Shown here: positions 55,646 to 64,000 of the stretch, piece by piece | How positions within the stretch are numbered: the first letter of the stretch is position 1 | Layout: each line of letters starts with the position of its first letter | DNA from: Eledone cirrhosa | Lineage: Eukaryota | Direction of reading: 5' to 3' | DNA length: 64,000 nucleotides | NCBI GenBank assembly: GCA_964016885.1 | Contig: OZ024742.1 | Span: 158,968,001-159,032,000, forward strand | Position numbers and translations under genes: made by a program | Notes under the pieces: model-generated | The model's database searches: none | Told to the model about the DNA's origin: nothing | What the model saw: the letters and a program-made list of their open reading frames with translations, nothing else

Positions 55646-55813
55646 TGGATTGGCAGTATCGGTAGAGGGTCGGATACCATGCTTTGACGCTTGCCATTCT
55701 GAGTTCAAATCCCGCCGCGGATAACTTTGCTTTTTATTCTTACGGGGTCGATAAAATAAAGTACCAGTAATACGCTGGGATAATTGCTTGCCTTGTGCCA
55801 AAAGTAGAAACAA
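55646..55813 (+). mobile_element. tRNA-derived SINE
   Basis: A box TGGCAGTATCGG, B box GAGTTCAAATCC, 3' end gtagaaacaatta. Confidence 0.9.
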
Positions 55814-57291
55814 TTATTAAGGCTTCCTTAATTCTTAAATTCCCCACATTCCTCTCTGTCACCTCTATGGCGACTTCAGTGACTCGGTTGTCGCATTTAT
55901 CAAGGCGTTTTTTTGAAAGAGGAAGTTCTCGTAACCATGTGCTTTTTTATCCATATGTGTAACATCTGGACAGTATTTCCAGTGTTTGAGTAACCACATC
56001 GTCGTAATGTAACCCTGTAGACTAGATGCTTTCTCATTCACACTTTCTCGTTGTTGATGGAGCAGTTAACAAAAGTGCATATAGTCTAGTGTATATCGGG
56101 TTTGGATCTAGCTGTCGGCTCGGGGGGGGGGGGTCCCGAGTGCACCATTTCTATGTTCCGAGTCTCCCTTTGGAATGCTTGTCGTGTAGCAGCAGTCATT
56201 CTCTCGTTGAAATGGGGTAATATAGTGATATAGTCAATGAGTTATCATGGTCGCTTTTAAGATTTGCCAGACCATGCCATAGGGAAAGGCGAGATTGCGA
56301 ACTTTGCTCCTTCGAAATATTGGAGATTATGACTAGAAAAGATGTATTAAACTCAAGGCATGACATGATTTTTAATTGCCAACACAGAACTCCGAAAACC
56401 TTTTCAAAATGCCATCTATACGAACATAATCTTCTAAATTCTTCTACTTTTTATGTAGACAACCTTATATCCAATGGCGGACTGGGTCTAAAAATATTGG
56501 TTGCCAGGAGACGAAAGGGGTTCACCTACATATAGAATGCTATCATTTAATTTTTATAATGAATAAATAACATTTTCGAAAAATACAAAAGTGGAAACAA
56601 AACAGTGCAATCAAATTTTTGCGGAAAAATATCTTACCTTCTCCAATAAAAAATATTGTGTATTTTGCGAAACCCAGAGACTTTCAATAATGACCAGAAA
56701 TCGACCCTAAATATTACTAATAGCTCTAGGAAAGCCATGAACGACACCACATCGTTTTGACTTTGATTTTGAAAGTAGATTTATAATTATCAATTTTCAT
56801 TATGCATTTGTAGCTGTCTCGGTGTCCTAATTGGAGGAATCATAGACGTTGGTGATCCTGGTCTGAAGTTCGATCCTGGATGGGAGTAGGGTTCCCTTTC
56901 CAGTTTTTTTTTCTGTGGCTTGTAAAATAAAAACTGAAAAAGGTTACATGTACCTCTTGACCAGGATTGAACCCAAGGCCCGGATCTCCTCTGTCTCTAG
57001 TACGTACCGCTAGGCCACAGACACAGCTACGAAAATCTTATGAAAATTCATACTTATAAACCTACTTTCAAAATATTCAAAACAACGTGTTGTGGTGTCG
57101 TTCATGTCTTTCTTAATGTTATTGCTCCTACTTAAGTTCGACTTCTAAATCATTTGGGTGTTTCATAAACTACATCCTCATTTTGTTTCACATCTATCTA
57201 GATTACATTTTAACCTGCAATCCATGTTTCATTTCTGTTCCACCTCATTTCTGTTCCACCTCATTTCTCCCTTCCTCTTTCTCTCTCTCTT

Positions 57292-57368
<77 letters not shown>

Positions 57369-57369
57369 A

Positions 57370-57400
<31 letters not shown>

Positions 57401-57401
57401 A

Positions 57402-57446
<45 letters not shown>

Positions 57447-57539
57447 CTCTCTGTGATATTAGAATCTATTATGATTTGGGCTTACCTTATTCTTATATAT
57501 ATGTTTTTGCATGTCAGATTCAAACTTACAATGATTGGC

Positions 57540-57590
<51 letters not shown>

Positions 57591-57830
57591 TGGCGGTCTA
57601 GGTCTAAAAATATTGGTTGCCAGATGAAAGGGGCCCACCGACATATAGAATGCTATCACTTAATTTTTATAATGAATAAATAACATTTTCAAAATATACA
57701 AAAGTGGAAACAAAACAGTGCAATCAAGTTTTTGCGGAAAAATATCTTACCTTCTCCGATAAAAAATATCATGTATTTTGCGACATCCAGATACTTTAAA
57801 TAATCACCTTTGGTCTTTCACACTCACTCA

Positions 57831-57923
<93 letters not shown>

Positions 57924-58385
57924 CACCACCTTCACACTAATTGATTTGACAGATGTCTTTAATCCATTGATACCAAATATTAGTTGGTCAGTAGTTCGTG
58001 TGTAAGTATATAAATATATATATACTAGCTGTCCCGTCCGGCTGGCGCTCGGTAGGTATACCTGCCGCCAGCACTCCACCGCAAAGATACCCCACACCCT
58101 CCCGTGTCACATTGTCCTTCCGACTCTCTCTTTCTCTCTCTCTCTCTCTGAATAACTAACACTTTAATTGTATCTCTCTCTGTCTAACAGCCTATCTCTC
58201 ATATAGAGAGTGAAGCAGTTAAATTAGAGAGGGGGAATGATCTTACATACATACATACATACATACTTAAATATAAAGTATAGATGTGTATGTGTGTATG
58301 TGCATGTGTGTGTATGTGCATGTGTGTGTCTGTGTGTTTTGTTTTGATGTTATCCGGCAATTGGCGAAATCAGGTGTGAAAGTAT

Positions 58386-58416
<31 letters not shown>

Positions 58417-58428
58417 CGTGCGTGCGTG

Positions 58429-58539
<111 letters not shown>

Positions 58540-58691
58540 TATGCGAGCGACGACAGAAAAAGTGTGTGGGATACATACATTAGTATATTTGTCTGTATTT
58601 TCGTTCTGCAACCATTATATTATGATATTTGTATCCAAATGATTTTAGATGTATGTATTACCTTCTTGCCTGTCCCTCTGTTTCTCTTTCC

Positions 58692-58760
<69 letters not shown>

Positions 58761-58999
58761 GCTCTCGCTCTCTCTCTCTCTCCCTCTCTCTCTCTCTCTC
58801 CCTCTCTCTCTCTCTCTAGATGTGTGTGTGTGTAGTTTTCCTAATATGTCTCTTTCACTCTCTGTCTCTCTAAGAGAGTTGCCTTTTGATGTATGTGTGT
58901 TGACTGAATTTGAAGGAGGTTATCCTTTTGAAATAAACATACATACGACGCTCATCTCTATGTTGATATATGATATAAATAATGGGATTGATGAGTTAA

Positions 59000-59275
59000 T
59001 ATCTGTATACAATAACTACAACGGTACGCGATGGGGCCCACCCACAGCCCCGGCGGACAGAGGCAAGGGAAACGCGCTGGAAAAGCCACTCCAACTCGCG
59101 GGGCACACCTGCGGCTGGCCAGCTCAGCGCCTATGGTGGTGAGTAAGGAGGTAGCCCTGGGGCTGAGGACACCAGAAGTCTCCACTGCCAGGGGTACGAC
59201 CGCAAACCTGTCGGAGAGCGACCGGTATTTGAGGAGTTTGGCCCCTTCAGGCAGACGTGCAGCAGAACCTGGGTA
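59000..59275 (-). pseudogene. 3' fragment of a CRE/NeSL-like non-LTR element (restriction-like endonuclease end)
   Basis: EGAKLLKYRSLSDRFAVVPLAVETSGVLSPRATSLLTTIGAEL. Confidence 0.75.
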
Positions 59276-59299
59276 TATATTGATATATTGAAGGTAGAT

Positions 59300-59676
59300 A
59301 CAGAAAGTAAAAGATTGTTGTCATATAGAGAGTGAAGAGAAACAGACAGTAAGCAGTTAAATTATAGAGAGGGTGAAAGAAGGAGAGAGAGAGATAGACG
59401 ATGCTCAGCTTTATAATATTAGAGAGTGAAGAGCGACAGAGAGAGTAAAGCAGTTAAATTATAGAGAGAGGGAATGATCTATTATAGAGAGAGAGAAGAG
59501 CGACGGAGAGAGTAAAGCTAAGAAACTATAGGGACGTGTGTAGGATACATAAGTGTTGACCGAATTTACATACGACGTTCATCTCTACGGAAAGTAAAAG
59601 AGTGTTGTCATATAGAGAGAGACAGAGAGTAAAGCAGTTAAATTATAGAGAGGGTGAAAGAGGGAGAGATAGAGAG

Positions 59677-59741
<65 letters not shown>

Positions 59742-60005
59742 GTTCAGCTTTATAATATTTGAGAGTGAAGAGCGACAGAGAGAGTAAAGCAGTTAAATTA
59801 TAGAGAGAGGGAATGATCTATTATAGAGAGAGAGAAGAGCGACGGAGAGAGTAAAGCTAAGAAACTATAGGGACGTGTGTAGGATACATAAGTGTTGACC
59901 GAATTTACATACGACGTTCATCTCTACGGAAAGTAAAAGAGTGTTGTCATATAGAGAGAGACAGAGAGTAAAGCAGTTAAATTATAGAGAGGGTGAAAGA
60001 GGGAG

Positions 60006-60079
<74 letters not shown>

Positions 60080-60265
60080 GTTCAGCTTTATAATATTTGA
60101 GAGTGAAGAGCGACAGAGAGAGTAAAGCAGTTAAATTATAGAAAGGGGGAATGATCTATTATAGAGAGAGGGAAGAGTGACGGAGAGAGTAAAGCTAAGA
60201 AACTATCGGGAGGTGTGTAGGATACATACATACATACATACGACGCTCAGCTTTATAATATTATA
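59300..60265. repeat. Tandem repeat, period about 338 bp, about 3 units, each containing the Helitron 5' subterminal motif
   Basis: (atgacgt)tcagctttataatatt recurs at about 59398, 59737, 60075 and 60240. Confidence 0.88.
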
Positions 60266-60266
60266 G

Positions 60267-60402
<136 letters not shown>

Positions 60403-62302
60403 GCATGAATGATTACACAAAGCTTTTGATTTAGTAGAATGTACAACCACTGATTCCAGTTATTTGCACTATCGTATATTTTGGTTTCTGGTAATTCCCC
60501 GGGGAATTAGTTGACCAAATGTTTTGCTTAATTGTTTTATTTATTCTTTTTAAAATTTTGTTCTTTCTGTTAGATTTCAGATATTTTTTTAAAGCAAAGC
60601 ATTGGCCCCTAAAATACTACAGAGATCCCTGCAATGCTATTGTGGGCTCTTGCAATGCTACCATGGGCCCTCTGGGGCCCACTTGCCATTGAGCAACCTG
60701 GCCAGTCCGCCACTGCTTATATCTATACCACTGATTAACCCACATACCATTATATATGTTCTATAACGCTAGCATAGGTAATATACACATCTCACTTTCA
60801 TACACACAAAACCTAAACTAATTTATAGTAAACTTATGCTATATTACCCTTTAGACAATAGATGCAATGGCATATTACCTTAAATAAATATTTTCAACAC
60901 AAACAAATAGACTCTGCAGCGCGCGCGCACCCACCCCACCCCAACTATCACAACTATATAAGATTCGATCCCATATCTCTGCAGCTATTTTAAGGATAAT
61001 TCTCACATTAACTCACTTTTATTACAGTCATATATCTCTTTATTTCGTTGTCAACGATCTACTTATATTCTACATCTCCTATAACGCCATCGGCCAGTCT
61101 ACAATATTGATATCAACTACTTTATCTTCTTATAATATTTTCTTTCTTCTCTTCCTTTACTCCAAAACCTTTTTTCTCCTTTCCCATAAATGTTATATAT
61201 TGTACTAATTTTCTCTCTCCTGCCTATTTTGGCAGGCCCACACACCTAATGAACTATGTCTCACGATAACTGACCAATCACAAACTAGACGTCTTTACAA
61301 AGCGCCACCTCCATTTCCTTTAATGACCTTCTAGCACAGTCTACTTACCAATACTTCAACTTTACACTAAAACATTATAGCTTGTAAGTATGTGTCGGTT
61401 TATTTCTTTAAATGTACTTGTAAATTATTTAACATATCTAACAATAGACATCGGTTGATGAATCTATATATGTGTACGTGTATGAATTTTCTATAAAAGC
61501 ACGTACTCTCATCCATTTAATTTAAGTTTCTTTCGAATCTCTCTGATGTTCAGAATTGAACAACGCAGTGCGAGATAGGGGGATTACGTAATAATTTAGG
61601 TTTCGTAGGCGATTACATAACTGTCTTGAAACACGTGTTAGAGACTCTATTGTATAAATAAATCTTTCTTTGAACTTCAAATATTGCCTAGTTTTTCCTG
61701 ACAACCTATTTCTATTATACTACTTCGTGGTACTTATGTACTCTACTCGACGAAGCATCTCTTATCCAGATATTCATATTACATAACTCTGTCGACTACG
61801 TTGAGCACAACTAACTGGTAAGCTGTTTCTCCCCTTTTGTTACGCACATCCCCTTTAAAAAATGTGAAATAGCCTACAAAAAGCAGATACTTCTATTTTC
61901 TCTAATATATATATATAAACAAATATATATATATAAGTATGTATACGTACATACATATATGTATACAGACGTACAGTAGTATGCATATATATATATACAT
62001 ACATCCACACATATATATATGTACGTATGGATTCACCGAACATTTATTATAATGCTCGGTGTGTTTGTAAGCAAACATCCCGAATTAACCCGTACAGTGT
62101 CTAGCAACCATCGTTGCTCATTTGTTCAACACTCACAAATGAACGCTGTACTAGTTTCAAGCTTATTAGCTATCGTCAGCAACGTATACCTTCCTGCCAG
62201 ATGGTTGAACGTCTGAAAGTATATACTTTCCTTATACATATTAACGGCTGAACAGCCTAATTTGCATATCGAGTGAGTTAATAGGCCGGGGTACCGAAAA
62301 GG

Positions 62303-62600
62303 ATAAACGGAAAAAAATGAAACGAAATTTCATTTCTCACTCTTAGTACGGCTGTTACTTAAATATAAGTATGTATACGTACATACATATATGTATACAG
62401 ACGTACAGTAGTATGCATATATATATACATACATGCACACATATATATATATGTACGTATGGATATGTGCATGTATGTATATATATATGCATACTACTGA
62501 ACGTCTGTATACAGATATGTATGTACGTATACATACTTATATTTAAGTAACAGCCGTACTAAGAGTGAGAAATGAAATTTCGTTTCATTTTTTCCGTTTA
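62303..62600. repeat. About 300-bp near-perfect palindrome; part of the left arm is also directly repeated at about 61930-62032
   Basis: aaacggaaaaaa...catgcaca mirrored by tgtgcatg...ttttccgttt. Confidence 0.85.
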
Positions 62601-62743
62601 TATATATATATATATATAAATGAAAGTAGAGAAATTAATGTGAGCAAGAAGCCAACAGTATTTCATAATATATAAGTGACTATAACGTCAAAATGGAAAT
62701 ATTTAACGGAAGATATGGGAAAATAATTCAAACTCAATTCAAA

Positions 62744-62782
<39 letters not shown>

Positions 62783-62787
<5 letters not shown>

Positions 62788-63182
62788 TGTATGTATAGTG
62801 TATTTGGCAATATACCGTATGTTTAATTAAAAACATTTAGAAGGCCATACGCTATTAGTTTTAAAGTAGTTACTATGTCACTTAATTCTTTTCGGCGAAA
62901 GAAGGGAGAGAAGATAGCAGTCTGTTTCACGCTGGTTGGCGTTCATATATATTGCTGAAATTCTATGAGAATCCAGCTTCTGTAATTTTCGGCGGAAGCA
63001 GGGGAGTACGTGGCTCTGATGAACGCCAACCAGCGTGAAACAGACTGTCAGCTTCTCTCCTTTCTTTCGCTGAAAAGAAGTAAGTGACATAGTCACTACC
63101 TTAAAATTGATAGCGTATGGTCTTCTAAATGTTTTCAATTAAACATACGGTACATTGCCAAATATACTATACATACATTCAT
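62783..63182. mobile_element. Fold-back mini-element in (TA)n with hammerhead
   Basis: Diverged arms 62783-62947 / 63019-63182. Confidence 0.85.
63012..63053 (+). ncRNA. Canonical minimal type I hammerhead ribozyme
   Basis: GGCU-CUGAUGA-ACGC-CAACCA-GCGU-GAAA-CAGACUG-UC-AGCU: all core nucleotides intact, GUC cleavage triplet, stem III ACAG-A-CUGU. Confidence 0.88.
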
Positions 63183-63184
63183 GT

Positions 63185-63252
<68 letters not shown>

Positions 63253-63336
63253 GCACACACACAAATATATATATATATATAAATATATATATATATATTT
63301 CTATATGTATATATATATATATATATATACATATAG

Positions 63337-63374
<38 letters not shown>

Positions 63375-63752
63375 TCTGCAGACATAGAATAGCCACTAAA
63401 TTCATAAGATTCAAACCTCCGTGAATCGAACCAACATAACATAGCTTTAAATTAGGATACCTACTACCCACAGAAATATATTCATTAAGTATACTATATC
63501 CTTCACAAGTCTATACCACACAATTGTCTCTAAGTACCTCATCTACCAACAATCTTACTCCTTCTCAGCTGCTGCCATCATTTGATCCTAAATCCTAGTT
63601 TTTCTCATTTCACTACTACAATGTTACTTTACCTTCTTTTTGCCATAATTACAATTAGCACGCTTATCTCTTTGCATGTATGTATATTTTTGTACGAGTG
63701 TATATTGATGTGTATGTATGTGTCTATGTACACATGCATGTGTATATATGTG

Positions 63753-63785
<33 letters not shown>

Positions 63786-64000
63786 ATGTGTGTGTGCGTA
63801 AATATATGCGTATATTAATTCGTTAACCTCTGTATTAACTCAACAACTATTTAGCTTTGACAGTGGTCCCACTCATGTATACTGTTGAAGATGAAGAGAA
63901 AGACTGTAAAAACTAGCTTATCTTTATAATTTAAAATTGATATACACTACGATACTTTGTACATGCCAACGCTTCATTTTGCCTTATGACAGCTAGTTTT

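Overview
AT-rich, microsatellite-dense animal DNA; the SINE family and repeat landscape suggest a cephalopod such as octopus (inference). No host protein-coding gene can be supported, and the window is almost entirely transposable elements. Main contents: (1) two tandem RTE-clade LINEs (1-5970); (2) a head-to-tail stack of five L1/Tx1-clade retrotransposons inside a (TAGA)n tract (21281-37393); (3) two decayed Penelope-like elements (PLEs), one with RT and GIY-YIG remnants and one with RT remnants only; (4) about 15 tRNA-derived SINEs, several with target-site duplications; (5) a 4.2-kb non-autonomous hAT element containing a Helitron. The most striking signal is a dense set of short fold-back (palindromic) elements embedded in (TA)n tracts. 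They belong to many unrelated families, and most carry a type I hammerhead ribozyme core (CUGANGA...GAAA, palindromic stem III, UH cleavage site), some with very long stem II inserts. The fold-back point repeatedly falls inside the ribozyme. All alignments and folds were made by eye; boundaries are approximate.
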